A stretch of 38,263 bases of DNA from a virus (IMGVR_UViG_3300049182_000029:1-38263); one strand, 5' to 3'. Positions 26,806-35,857 are shown, counted from the stretch's first letter. The notes: generated by a model not told the origin, from the letters alone. Program-made: numbers and translations.

Positions 26806-29310
26806 ATGCACCCACGTTGCAGGAATGCAGTACAGGCCGCCGCCGGCCGCAAGCTGACCGATGCCGAGATCAAGAAAATTGACGACCGGATGGCCGCGAC
26901 CATGCGCCAGCTCGCGCGCACCGACCCGGCATGGCAGTCGAAGCCGGCCGGTCAGCGCGTGACCGAAGCCGCACAGGTTGCCATGCAGGAGATTCAAACG
27001 GAAGCGCAATTGAAGGTGCAGCGCGCCCAGGCGCAGATCCTGGCCACCTCGGCCATGGGCAACCGGGTGGGCGACCTGATGGCGGCGTATGCGACCGAGC
27101 GCAGCCGCGCGCTGGTCAAGGAAATGGAGCTGACGGACAATTACGCCGAAGGCATGAAGCGCGAGATCATGTCGCAATTGATGCCGCTGATGGACGCGGT
27201 CAACAGCCGGGAGGGCGCGAGCGCTGGTCGCGGCGCGCTCATGTTCCTGTTCAACGCCGAAAACCCGAAGATGACCCAGGATCTTGCGCGCGAAATCTTC
27301 AATCAGGCGGACGGCGCAACCGGCAACCAGATGGCGCAGAAGGCGGCGAAGGTCTGGCTCGAGCAGATCGAGCAGATGCGCACGCGGTTCAACGGCGCCG
27401 GCGGCGATGTCGGGAAGCTCGACTATGGTTACCTGCCACAACCACACGATCAGGCGCTGGTCCGCGGCAAGGGCGACGTGGCCGCGCGCGACAGGTGGGT
27501 GCGCGACGCGCTGCCGCTGCTCGACCGTGGCCGCTACTTGATGGAAGACGGCGCGCGCATGACCGACCAGCAGCTGGCGGGCGTTCTCAACGCGGCCTGG
27601 GAAACCCTGGCCACCGGCGGCCTGAACAAGCTGGAGCCGGGCAAGAGCGGCGGCTCAGGCGCCAAGGCCAACGCCGGCAGCGAGTCGCGCGTTATCCACT
27701 TCAAGGACGCCGACGCCTACATGACTTACATGGGCAGCTACGGCGGCGGCAGCATGTACGACGCGATGATCGGGCATATCGGCGGCATGACGCGCGACAT
27801 CGCCCTGGTCGAGCGCTACGGCCCGAACCCGGCCACGCAGATGCAACTGCAATTCGACCTGTCCGCCAAGGCGGATATGCGTCCGGTTGACGATCTGCCG
27901 CGCTCGTTCGGCTTCAGGCCGCAATCGTATTGGGATCTGGTCAGCGGAAAGACCGGCATGGCCACCAATGGCAACGTGGCGCGCGTGGCGCAGGACTTGC
28001 GCAACGTGCAGGTCTTCGGCAAGCTGGCCGGCGCCGTGTTGTCGAGCGTCACCGACATGGCGACTTATTTCGTCAGTACCGGGTTCAACCGGCTTTCGTA
28101 TTACGACGCCCTGAAGAACATCGGCAAGGTGGCCGCCGACAGCGACACCCGCGCGTTTCTGACCATGCACGGGGTCATTGCCGACTCGATGATCTCGAAC
28201 CTGAACAGGTGGGCGGGCGACAACATCAAAAACAACTGGTCCGGCCGGCTGGCCAATTCGACCATGAAGCTGTCGCTGATGAACGCCTGGACCGACACCA
28301 TGCGGCGCGCGTTCTCGCTGACCATGATGGGCGGTTTGGCCAAGATGTCGAAGACGGCGTGGAACGCGCTCGACGCCGGGGACCGCACGCACCTGACGCG
28401 CAAGGGCATCACTGAGGCCGACTGGCAGGTTATCCGCTCCGGGCAATTGACCGATTACGAGGGCGGCCAGTTCCTGACACCCGAAGCGATCCGCGCCGGC
28501 GGCGATCCGCGCGCCAACGAGGTGGTGGCCAAAGTGCTGGGCCTGATCACCGACGAATCCGAATATGCGGTCATCAACCCCGATCTGGCGACGAAGTTGG
28601 CGGCCAGCGCCGGCGGCATGCAGCGCGGTACATTGCGCGGCGAGATGGCGCGATCGGTCATGCAGTTTAAGAGTTTTCCTATAGCGATGGTCTCGCGGCA
28701 CTGGCGCCGGATGCTCGACATGCAGGCTCCGGACGGCGGGCCGGCCTACGCGAACCGGTTGGCCTATGCCGGCGCCATGCTGGCCAGCCTGACCGCCCTG
28801 GGCGCCGTCGCATTCCAGACCAAGCAGATCGTGCAAGGGAAAGATCCCATTGACATGACAACCGACAAGTTTTGGTTCCGTGCGATGGCGCAGGGTGGCG
28901 CGCTCAGCATCGTGGGCGACTTCCTGCTGACTGATCCGACAGCAAACGGAGGCGATGCCGTCTCGACAGGCGCCAAAGTTTTGCTCGGCCCGACATTCGG
29001 CAGTGCCGCGGATCTCACCCTGAAGCTGGGCGTGGAGAACTTCTACCAAGCGAAAGCTGGCAAGGACACGCACGCCGGCGCCGAAGCGCTGCGCATTGGT
29101 CGATCGCACTTGCCGTATGTGAACCTGTGGTATGCGAAGGCCGCGCTCGACCATATGGGATTGCATGCTCTTCAAGAGAATCTTTCCCCCGGGTATTTAG
29201 GTAAAATGCAGAAACGGGCCCGGAAAGACTGGGGGCAAGAATACTGGTGGGAACCGGGGTCTGGCGCCCCTGATCGAGCGCCTGACATGACAGCAGTAGC
29301 GGGGGAATGA
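26806..29310 (+). CDS. Large internal virion/ejection protein
   Basis: Start MHPRC at 26806; YLPQPHD, RVIHFKDAD, QFKSFP, NLWY and SPGYL motifs. Confidence 0.8.
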   Translation: MHPRCRNAVQAAAGRKLTDAEIKKIDDRMAATMRQLARTDPAWQSKPAGQRVTEAAQVAMQEIQTEAQLKVQRAQAQILATSAMGNRVGDLMAAYATERSRALVKEMELTDNYAEGMKREIMSQLMPLMDAVNSREGASAGRGALMFLFNAENPKMTQDLAREIFNQADGATGNQMAQKAAKVWLEQIEQMRTRFNGAGGDVGKLDYGYLPQPHDQALVRGKGDVAARDRWVRDALPLLDRGRYLMEDGARMTDQQLAGVLNAAWETLATGGLNKLEPGKSGGSGAKANAGSESRVIHFKDADAYMTYMGSYGGGSMYDAMIGHIGGMTRDIALVERYGPNPATQMQLQFDLSAKADMRPVDDLPRSFGFRPQSYWDLVSGKTGMATNGNVARVAQDLRNVQVFGKLAGAVLSSVTDMATYFVSTGFNRLSYYDALKNIGKVAADSDTRAFLTMHGVIADSMISNLNRWAGDNIKNNWSGRLANSTMKLSLMNAWTDTMRRAFSLTMMGGLAKMSKTAWNALDAGDRTHLTRKGITEADWQVIRSGQLTDYEGGQFLTPEAIRAGGDPRANEVVAKVLGLITDESEYAVINPDLATKLAASAGGMQRGTLRGEMARSVMQFKSFPIAMVSRHWRRMLDMQAPDGGPAYANRLAYAGAMLASLTALGAVAFQTKQIVQGKDPIDMTTDKFWFRAMAQGGALSIVGDFLLTDPTANGGDAVSTGAKVLLGPTFGSAADLTLKLGVENFYQAKAGKDTHAGAEALRIGRSHLPYVNLWYAKAALDHMGLHALQENLSPGYLGKMQKRARKDWGQEYWWEPGSGAPDRAPDMTAVAGE

Positions 29311-29693
29311 TGCGAAGCGACCAATACATCAAATTGCAAGAGCTACAGGAAAAGCTCGTTGACGTGTTTATCACCGAGGCCGATCCAGCGAACTGGAACG
29401 GCGCCGGTATGAAGCTGGCCGAAATGGACCAGACCACGCGCGGAAATGCCTACTGGTGCAAGAAGAACGCGACGGCCACGCTGTCGGTCATCATGCGCAC
29501 CACCAGCCTGATCGGCATGGTGCAGGATCGCAGCTCGAACGGCGGCGGCGCGGCCGGCGGGGTCGACGCGCCCGAGCAGGACAAGGACGAGGACACGCTC
29601 GACGCCGAGGTCAAGAAGGCGGAAAAGGAAGCGGCGCGATGGCTGGCTCACCTTCAGCAGGGCGGAATGCAAAAGGCCCATGGAAAACCATAA
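29307..29693 (+). CDS. terS: Putative terminase small subunit
   Basis: EADPANW..RGNAYWCKKNA; directly upstream of and overlapping terL. Confidence 0.65.
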   Translation: MMRSDQYIKLQELQEKLVDVFITEADPANWNGAGMKLAEMDQTTRGNAYWCKKNATATLSVIMRTTSLIGMVQDRSSNGGGAAGGVDAPEQDKDEDTLDAEVKKAEKEAARWLAHLQQGGMQKAHGKP

Positions 29694-31323
29694 CGTCAAC
29701 TTCCTGACCTTCTTCATCATGTGGGCGAACTACATGCGATGGGAGGTTCCGCCGCTGCACGTTCGTATCTGCATCTGGCTCGATACCTGCAAGGACCGGG
29801 AGCGCGTGCTGATGGTCTTCCGCGGCGCGGCCAAGTCCACGATCTACGCGGTCTGGTGCGCTTACCGGCTGTACCGCAACCGGGCGCACCGCGCGCTGGT
29901 CTGGTCTGCTGATAATGACACTGCCGCCATGCTGACAGCGGACACCATCAACGTGATGCGGAACCACCCGCTTTGCCGTGGCATGCTGCCTAAAAAACCA
30001 GGGTCTAGAAAATTCTGGGTGGTAGGCGCAAACGATGCCCGAAACGCAAGCATGCGCGCATCAGGCGTCGTGTCCAACGTGACTGGCGCCCGCGCGGTCG
30101 ACATCGACTTCGATGATGTGGAAGTACCGGGCAACATCGAATCGCCAGAAGCCCGGCTCAAGCTGCGCAACCGGCTGTCCGAATCGACGCACATTGCCCT
30201 ACCTGGCGCGCAGCAGACGCTGATCGGCACGCCGCACACGCACGACTCTATCTACCCTGAGCGCATCGCTGCCGGCGCCGCTTTCCTGAAAATCTGCCTG
30301 TTCGAGTCGGTCAAGCGCTACGAGGACACGACCAAGGCGACGCGCTACCGCTTCGACTTCACCCCGGGCGAAGATGGCATTTACGTCATGCTCGGCATTG
30401 GCGCGGGCGCGAAGATGTGCGTTCCGGGCGATGATTACCAGGTCGAGGGCGATCACATCGTATTCCACCGCCCGCCGCGCGCCACGCTCGACATCTGTGG
30501 CAACTGCTCATGGCCAAAGCGATTCGACCGGGCCGAGATCCACGAACGCCGGCGCAAGACCTTGACCCTGAACGCCTGGGATTCGCAGTACCAGCTGGAA
30601 GCTAAGCCATTGAAGGAGTCGAAATTGGACCCGCACAAACTACGCGCCTATGACGCGATGCCGCGCACCGTCAAGGCCAACGGCGCCGTGCGAATGATGC
30701 TCGGCAAGGCGCAGATCGTCAGCGGGCGCGCAGTATGGGATCCGTCACTTGGCAAGCTCAAGAGCGACGGTTCGGCATTCTCGCTGATCCTGGACGACGC
30801 GCAGGGCAATTATTATTGGCAGTGCGCCGAGGCGTTCACCGGCGAGTACGCGGAATTCTCCGACGCGGTCAACAGCAAGATCATCGGCGGGCAGGTCATG
30901 CAGGCTGTCGAGCTGATCAAAAAGTACAACATTGTCCACATTTACGTGGAAACCAACGGCGTGGGCGCCTTCACGGAAAAGCTGCTTCAGCGCGCAATTA
31001 AGCAAGAACGCCTGATTTGTGGCGTGACCGCGATCACGGCGACCGCCAACAAGAACAAACGGATTCTCGACGGTCTGGAGGGCCCGATGAAATCTGGCGT
31101 GCTGTGGGCGCATACCAGCGTCATCAACGGCCCGGCCTGGGATCAGATGATGGTCTGGAACCCGGAAGTAGCAAATCAGCCCGACGATTACCTGAATAGC
31201 GCAGCAGATGCCATCCTGCAAGCCCCTGTTCGGATCAACCATTTGGTCGAGATTTCGACCGTTTCCTCGGGTAATGATTGGCGCCAATCAACAGGTGTGT
31301 TCGAAGTCACCCTGGAAACTTAG
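29680..31323 (+). CDS. terL: Terminase large subunit
   Basis: FRGAAKST Walker A, DFDDVE Walker B, GTP coupling motif, WDPS/VETNG nuclease domain, PDDYL. Confidence 0.93.
   Translation: MENHNVNFLTFFIMWANYMRWEVPPLHVRICIWLDTCKDRERVLMVFRGAAKSTIYAVWCAYRLYRNRAHRALVWSADNDTAAMLTADTINVMRNHPLCRGMLPKKPGSRKFWVVGANDARNASMRASGVVSNVTGARAVDIDFDDVEVPGNIESPEARLKLRNRLSESTHIALPGAQQTLIGTPHTHDSIYPERIAAGAAFLKICLFESVKRYEDTTKATRYRFDFTPGEDGIYVMLGIGAGAKMCVPGDDYQVEGDHIVFHRPPRATLDICGNCSWPKRFDRAEIHERRRKTLTLNAWDSQYQLEAKPLKESKLDPHKLRAYDAMPRTVKANGAVRMMLGKAQIVSGRAVWDPSLGKLKSDGSAFSLILDDAQGNYYWQCAEAFTGEYAEFSDAVNSKIIGGQVMQAVELIKKYNIVHIYVETNGVGAFTEKLLQRAIKQERLICGVTAITATANKNKRILDGLEGPMKSGVLWAHTSVINGPAWDQMMVWNPEVANQPDDYLNSAADAILQAPVRINHLVEISTVSSGNDWRQSTGVFEVTLET
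31245..31278 (+). promoter_or_regulatory. Late promoter motif, copy 3 (inside the terL 3' end, upstream of fibre and lysis genes)
   Basis: GGTCGAGATTTCGACC; core followed by N13-AATGAT. Confidence 0.65.
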
Positions 31324-31362
31324 CGCCGCATCAAAAGGCGGCGCTCCAACCGGAACCCCGCC

Positions 31363-32823
31363 ATGACCGTATCAGTTCAAGAAACTATTTTCTCACACGT
31401 CGGGAATGGAGTAACTACCACTTTCGCATACAGTTGTCAGGTGCTCCAGGCGAGCGACTTGTATGTGTATGTTAATGGCGCGCTCGTCACGTCAGGCATT
31501 ACAAAAAACGGCATTGGCGTCGCATCGGGCGGGACCGTGGTGTTTGCCGTCGCGCCAGCCAACGGTGTAAGCGTGATTCTCGAACGCGAGGTTGCTCTCG
31601 AACGAACCACCGATTACCAGCAGAACGGCGACTTCCTGGCGCGCGTGGTGAACCCCGATTTCAATCGAATCTGGATGGCGCTCCAGCAGATGTTTACGGG
31701 CCTCAATCGTGTAATGCGATTTCCGAAAACCGATGTTGATCCTGGCACGGAATTGCCAACAGCAGCCGAACGCGCCGACAAATTGCTCAGCTTCGACAGC
31801 GATGGGAATCCAGTTGTTGTTGCGGCATCGGCGCAATCCGCGACAGCGCTTGCGATTCAACTCATCAGCAATGCCGGTTCGAGCATTGTCAATTTTCTGC
31901 AATCTGGTGCTGGTGCTATCGCGATCACCTTGCAAAGCGTGTTACGCGATTATCGTCCAACCCCTCGCCAATTCGGCGGGGTTGGTGACGGTGTCGTCAA
32001 TGACACCGCAGCTTTCACATCTGCCAGGACGGCGACCGGTGGGCGATACCATGTCGGTCCTGGAACATGGCTGGTCGATCCATCGCCGAACGTGTGGGAC
32101 GACAACTTTACTGCATCGCCCGGCGCGTTCCTGAAAATCTCTGGCATCACGTATGACATCGGCGGCGCATTTGCTGGTGGCATGAAGTCAACAACGACAC
32201 AGCGTTACACGACGTGGACGCATTCACGCATCGGGGTTCCTGTTGTCATTTGGTCGGATGGCGAAACATCGGGGGATAGCCATCGCCTTTTTCTGCCTTT
32301 CGACATTCGGCGCAACAGCCACGTAATGATCTTTGCACCTGGAACGAATGGCGGTTCGTGTGACGTGCTGTGGCGTCGCTCGGATGCGAACGTCGACGCG
32401 TACGGCAACCGCTTCAGCCAAACTTTCGAAGAGGCGTCGGACCGCATTTTGCACAGCTATGCGACTACGGCATCTGGAGCGACATCATTTGACGCCTATA
32501 TTCGCTGCTACGGCGGCACCTCGGCATCGCTGGATTTCCCAGCCCTTGCGCCGTGCTTCCGCCAGGGCTGGTCGATGCAAAACCGGGCGGAAACCGGATA
32601 TAAGCTTGCCTGGACCATCGGCACCGACCGGCACCATATCAAGGACTTCGCCGGAACCTTCACACATATGACATTCAGGAATGACGGTTCCGTGGGTTTC
32701 TTCGGGGCGGGTGGCGTTACTCGCCCTAACGTAACAGGTTCGCGCGGCGGCAATGCTGCTCTTGCCAGCCTGATCACAGGATTATCACAACTCGGTCTGA
32801 TCACCGATTCCACCACCGCCTAA
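31363..32823 (+). CDS. Tail fibre/spike protein
   Basis: T7 gp17-like N-terminus (GNGVTTTF, RTTDYQQNGDF, DFNRIWMALQ); FGGVGDGVVNDTAAF; C-terminal GSRGGNAALASLITGL..LGLI. Confidence 0.88.
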   Translation: MTVSVQETIFSHVGNGVTTTFAYSCQVLQASDLYVYVNGALVTSGITKNGIGVASGGTVVFAVAPANGVSVILEREVALERTTDYQQNGDFLARVVNPDFNRIWMALQQMFTGLNRVMRFPKTDVDPGTELPTAAERADKLLSFDSDGNPVVVAASAQSATALAIQLISNAGSSIVNFLQSGAGAIAITLQSVLRDYRPTPRQFGGVGDGVVNDTAAFTSARTATGGRYHVGPGTWLVDPSPNVWDDNFTASPGAFLKISGITYDIGGAFAGGMKSTTTQRYTTWTHSRIGVPVVIWSDGETSGDSHRLFLPFDIRRNSHVMIFAPGTNGGSCDVLWRRSDANVDAYGNRFSQTFEEASDRILHSYATTASGATSFDAYIRCYGGTSASLDFPALAPCFRQGWSMQNRAETGYKLAWTIGTDRHHIKDFAGTFTHMTFRNDGSVGFFGAGGVTRPNVTGSRGGNAALASLITGLSQLGLITDSTTA

Positions 32824-32832
32824 AGGGAAGCC

Positions 32833-33138
32833 ATGGACCAAACACTAATTAATATTGCACTCACAATCGCTATGGGGATCGGTGGCGTTGTTATGGGCGC
32901 CATCGGCTGGTTTGCCAGAACCCTATGGGATCGGATTCAAGAACATTCGAAAGAGATCGCTGATATCCGGGTCAAACTCGCAGCCGAATACGTATCGAAT
33001 TCAGAACTGATCAGTGCGGTATCGGACATTAAAGATAGCGTTCGAAATATGACGATGGAAATGAAAGCGGACATCGGATATATCCGGAACCGCCTCGACG
33101 GCCTGCCGCAACGGCGCCAATCGGACCCATCAGTATGA
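32833..33138 (+). CDS. Membrane protein in the lysis cassette (holin/antiholin-like)
   Basis: N-terminal TM helix plus coiled coil; directly upstream of the endolysin. Confidence 0.6.
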   Translation: MDQTLINIALTIAMGIGGVVMGAIGWFARTLWDRIQEHSKEIADIRVKLAAEYVSNSELISAVSDIKDSVRNMTMEMKADIGYIRNRLDGLPQRRQSDPSV

Positions 33139-33635
33139 CTCCGCTGCGCCTGCTGCTGACGGCCATCCGCCCGGCTCTTTCTGATCTCGCGAGTGGCGGC
33201 ATTCAAGACACGCCAGCCGCGCGGCGCATGCTGCTGGCGATCGCGCTTCAGGAATCAGGTTTGCGCCATCGGCGCCAAGTTACCGCCAGCGGCGAGGAAG
33301 ACGGCCCGGCCGCGTCATTCTGGCAGTTCGAGAAAGGCGGCGGGTGCAAAGGCGTTCTGACACACCACGCGAGCGCAAAGCATATGCGCTGGGTTTGCAC
33401 CGAATACAACATAGAGCCGACTGCACAGGGCATGTGGGATGCGATGCGCTACAACGACATCGTCGCCGCATCTGCCGCCCGCCTGCTGCTCTATACGCTG
33501 CCCCAGGCGCTGCCGGTGAACGCCGCCGAAGGATGGGACCAGTACATCGCCGCTTGGCGCCCTGGCAGGCCGCATCCGGAGAAGTGGGCCGAATGTTGGG
33601 CAATAGCTGAACGTGTCGCCGGGGCCGCACCGTGA
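33135..33635 (+). CDS. Putative endolysin (lysozyme-like fold)
   Basis: LLAIALQESG..RRQ..GPAASFWQFE..ARLLL..WRPGRPH; lysis cassette context. Confidence 0.7.
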   Translation: MTPLRLLLTAIRPALSDLASGGIQDTPAARRMLLAIALQESGLRHRRQVTASGEEDGPAASFWQFEKGGGCKGVLTHHASAKHMRWVCTEYNIEPTAQGMWDAMRYNDIVAASAARLLLYTLPQALPVNAAEGWDQYIAAWRPGRPHPEKWAECWAIAERVAGAAP

Positions 33636-33772
33636 ATCTCGAGCTGCTGGCCGCAGCCGGGGCGGGGTTCGTCCTGGGCGTGTTCGGCGGAGTCGGATTC
33701 ATGGTCTATCTGATCCTGAGCAGCAGAAGCGACGTGATCAGCGCCTGCAAACAATCACCAAAAGGAAAATAA
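33632..33772 (+). CDS. 46-aa single-TM peptide (not in the ORF track)
   Basis: GTGA overlap with the endolysin stop; MNLELLAAAGAGFVLGVFGGVGFMVYLILSSRSDVISACKQSPKGK; ends 1 nt before the next ATG. Confidence 0.55.
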   Translation: MNLELLAAAGAGFVLGVFGGVGFMVYLILSSRSDVISACKQSPKGK

Positions 33773-33773
33773 A

Positions 33774-34295
33774 ATGGCCCCCTTGCTACCCATTGCGATG
33801 CAACTGGCGCAGTTCGTTCCAGGCATTATCAAAATGTTGACCGGCAGCGACAAGGCCGAAGACGTGGCTACGCACGTCGTCGGCATCGCCAAGGCAGTTA
33901 CCGGCACCGACGACGGCGAGCAGGCGCTGGCCGTGATCAAAGCCGATCCGGCCAAGCTGATGGATTTTCAACTTGCTGTGCAGGAACAGGAACAGCGCAT
34001 GATTCAGATGTTCCTGACCGATACACAAGATGCTCGCAAGCGTGATATGGCATTCGTACAGGCTGGAATTACCAACCATCGCGCGAACGCTTTGGCGGCC
34101 GGCGCTGGCGTGCTGGTGATTTTCTGCCTGTTCATAGTGGTTTGGGCCAGCGGCATGGATGACTTTGCTAAGGCGACTATCACGCTGATCCTGGGTCGCG
34201 CGCTGGGCTGGGTGGAACAGATTTTCTCGTTCGAGTTCGGCACCACGCGAGCGAACAAGACCAAGGACGACACTATCAACAATCTGACAAAGTAG
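33774..34295 (+). CDS. Putative holin (GTA 3TM-holin-like)
   Basis: DTQDARKR followed by two TM helices and FEFGTT. Confidence 0.65.
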   Translation: MAPLLPIAMQLAQFVPGIIKMLTGSDKAEDVATHVVGIAKAVTGTDDGEQALAVIKADPAKLMDFQLAVQEQEQRMIQMFLTDTQDARKRDMAFVQAGITNHRANALAAGAGVLVIFCLFIVVWASGMDDFAKATITLILGRALGWVEQIFSFEFGTTRANKTKDDTINNLTK

Positions 34296-34312
34296 ATTGC
34301 CTGTGCCATAAT
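34284..34312 (+). promoter_or_regulatory. Promoter of the HNH-like gene
   Basis: CTGACA-N17-CATAAT with extended TG; AGGAGG RBS at 34321. Confidence 0.55.
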
Positions 34313-34330
34313 CCTTTCAAAGGAGGGATT

Positions 34331-34816
34331 ATGGGTAAATGTCTAGATATAACTGGACAACGCTTCGGGCGCCTGGTCGTTACCGGGAAAAGCGATAGGA
34401 AAAGCAATGCCGGAGCGTTATGGGATTGCACCTGTGACTGCGGAACTGCATCGGTAGCTAACTCATTAAAGCTGCGGAATGGTTTGATAGTCTCATGCGG
34501 TTGCTACAGGAAAGAAATTCTGAATCAGGAAACTCACGGCTATTCGGGCACGCGCACGCACCGCAGCTGGAAGGAAATGCGCAATCGCTGTCATAACGAT
34601 CAGGCCACGCAGTGGAAATGGTATGGTGGTCGTGGCATCAAAATATGCCCGGAGTGGGATCGTTTTGAAACGTTCTTGGCTGATATGGGCGAACGCCCCG
34701 CAGGCAAAACGCTAGACCGAAAAGATTCGAGCGGCGATTATTGCAAAGAAAATTGCAAGTGGTCTACAGCGAAAGAGCAAGCTGCAACAAATCGCGGTTG
34801 CTTCAAGAAGCAATAA
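34331..34816 (+). CDS. HNH-like (His-Me finger) homing endonuclease
   Basis: GQRFGRL, CTCDCG, SCGC, YGGRGIKIC, FLADMGERP and LDRKD..GDY..ENCKW. Confidence 0.85.
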   Translation: MGKCLDITGQRFGRLVVTGKSDRKSNAGALWDCTCDCGTASVANSLKLRNGLIVSCGCYRKEILNQETHGYSGTRTHRSWKEMRNRCHNDQATQWKWYGGRGIKICPEWDRFETFLADMGERPAGKTLDRKDSSGDYCKENCKWSTAKEQAATNRGCFKKQ

Positions 34817-34846
34817 AAAAGGCCCGGATTCGAACCGGGCCTTTTT
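34816..34846. terminator. Bidirectional rho-independent terminator
   Basis: AAAAAGGCCCGG-attcgaa-CCGGGCCTTTTT between convergent genes. Confidence 0.9.
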
Positions 34847-34848
34847 CT

Positions 34849-35091
34849 TTACCTCTCGAACCTGCGTCGCTCGTAAAGCGTCTTTGCCTGCGACGCGGGT
34901 GATTCTTCCGCGCCTTCCTGCCCTGGCCCGTCATCGGTCGGCATGCATCCGCACTTCGATAGTGACATCTTGTGCAGATCGCAGTACGGCGCCGGCGTGG
35001 CGGGCGTCTCGCCCCAGTCAATCGCCTTCCATGCGCCAGGCTGCATCGTTCCTGGTCGGCGGCCGCTTCCTTTTCCTGCTTCACTGGCCAT
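34849..35091 (-). CDS. Small hypothetical protein
   Basis: Probable start MASEAGKGSGRRP at 35091; ends at the terminator. Confidence 0.6.
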   Translation of the reverse strand: MASEAGKGSGRRPGTMQPGAWKAIDWGETPATPAPYCDLHKMSLSKCGCMPTDDGPGQEGAEESPASQAKTLYERRRFER

Positions 35092-35857
35092 CGTCGCGCT
35101 TCTTTGGCTGCATTGCTGCGATGGGCCGTGCAGGAAGCTGTTGCCAGTGGGTGTAAGGCGCCTCGGCACGCGGCCCGGTGCTGCCTTCCGGCTTGCCCAC
35201 ACAGCAATAGTGCTCGTAGTGTTCATTGTGGTTGAGCCACGATGCGTGGTCGTCATCGTCCGGATCGATGCAGTCGAAGTCGATGCGATAGTCTTCGGGC
35301 CCCTCGCCATCTAATGGCGGGGAATAGACCATCACACCAACGCCCGCTTCTGGCAAGCGATCCTCGACACTTATCCACCCTGCCGCGCTGTCAGTGCTTG
35401 GAGCGCCCTCGGCTGTGCTGATCAAGTCTTGCAAGCGTGCGACTTCCTTTCGCCATGTGGCCACTTGGCGTGCAATTATCGGCTCGATGCTCGGTGCGCG
35501 ATCAGCGTCCTGCCCACGCTCAGACGCCACGTCGATCATTCCGCTTTCCATCAGGATCCTGCGACCACCCGGATTGCTTGGAGCGCGATCAGGGGCGACG
35601 ATAAGTGGCACGGACGATTGCACGGCCTGCTTTGGAGGGTAGCCGTAAAAGTCGGGCGAGAACGATACCGCCTTGCCTGTGCTGAAGTAATGCAGCCACG
35701 CCACCGGCTCGGCGCTGGCCCGGTGCATGGCGCGAGCTGCCTGCCATGCAGCCCACATCAAGTTGGCAAACGTGCCAGCGTACGGGTAGCCGGGCCGGGA
35801 CTTCATCCAAGCTTCGAACTCCAGGCGCTCCGCTTCTGTTGCTGCGAGTGGGGTCAT
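35081..35857 (-). CDS. DUF551-like phage early protein
   Basis: WISVEDRLPE...THWQQLP; FEAW and EPVAW modules. Confidence 0.75.
   Translation of the reverse strand: MTPLAATEAERLEFEAWMKSRPGYPYAGTFANLMWAAWQAARAMHRASAEPVAWLHYFSTGKAVSFSPDFYGYPPKQAVQSSVPLIVAPDRAPSNPGGRRILMESGMIDVASERGQDADRAPSIEPIIARQVATWRKEVARLQDLISTAEGAPSTDSAAGWISVEDRLPEAGVGVMVYSPPLDGEGPEDYRIDFDCIDPDDDDHASWLNHNEHYEHYCCVGKPEGSTGPRAEAPYTHWQQLPARPIAAMQPKKRDDGQ

Noticed and set aside
11761-31259. GTCGAGATTTCGAC repeats as CRISPR or recombination sites
   Set aside because: Only three dispersed copies, no spacers or recombinase; fixed spacing to -10 boxes favours promoters
31363-34816. Diversity-generating retroelement as in BPP-1
   Set aside because: No reverse transcriptase motifs and no adenine-variant repeat pair seen
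34790-34870. Full tRNA gene
   Set aside because: Only a T-arm-like hairpin; no acceptor, D or anticodon arms
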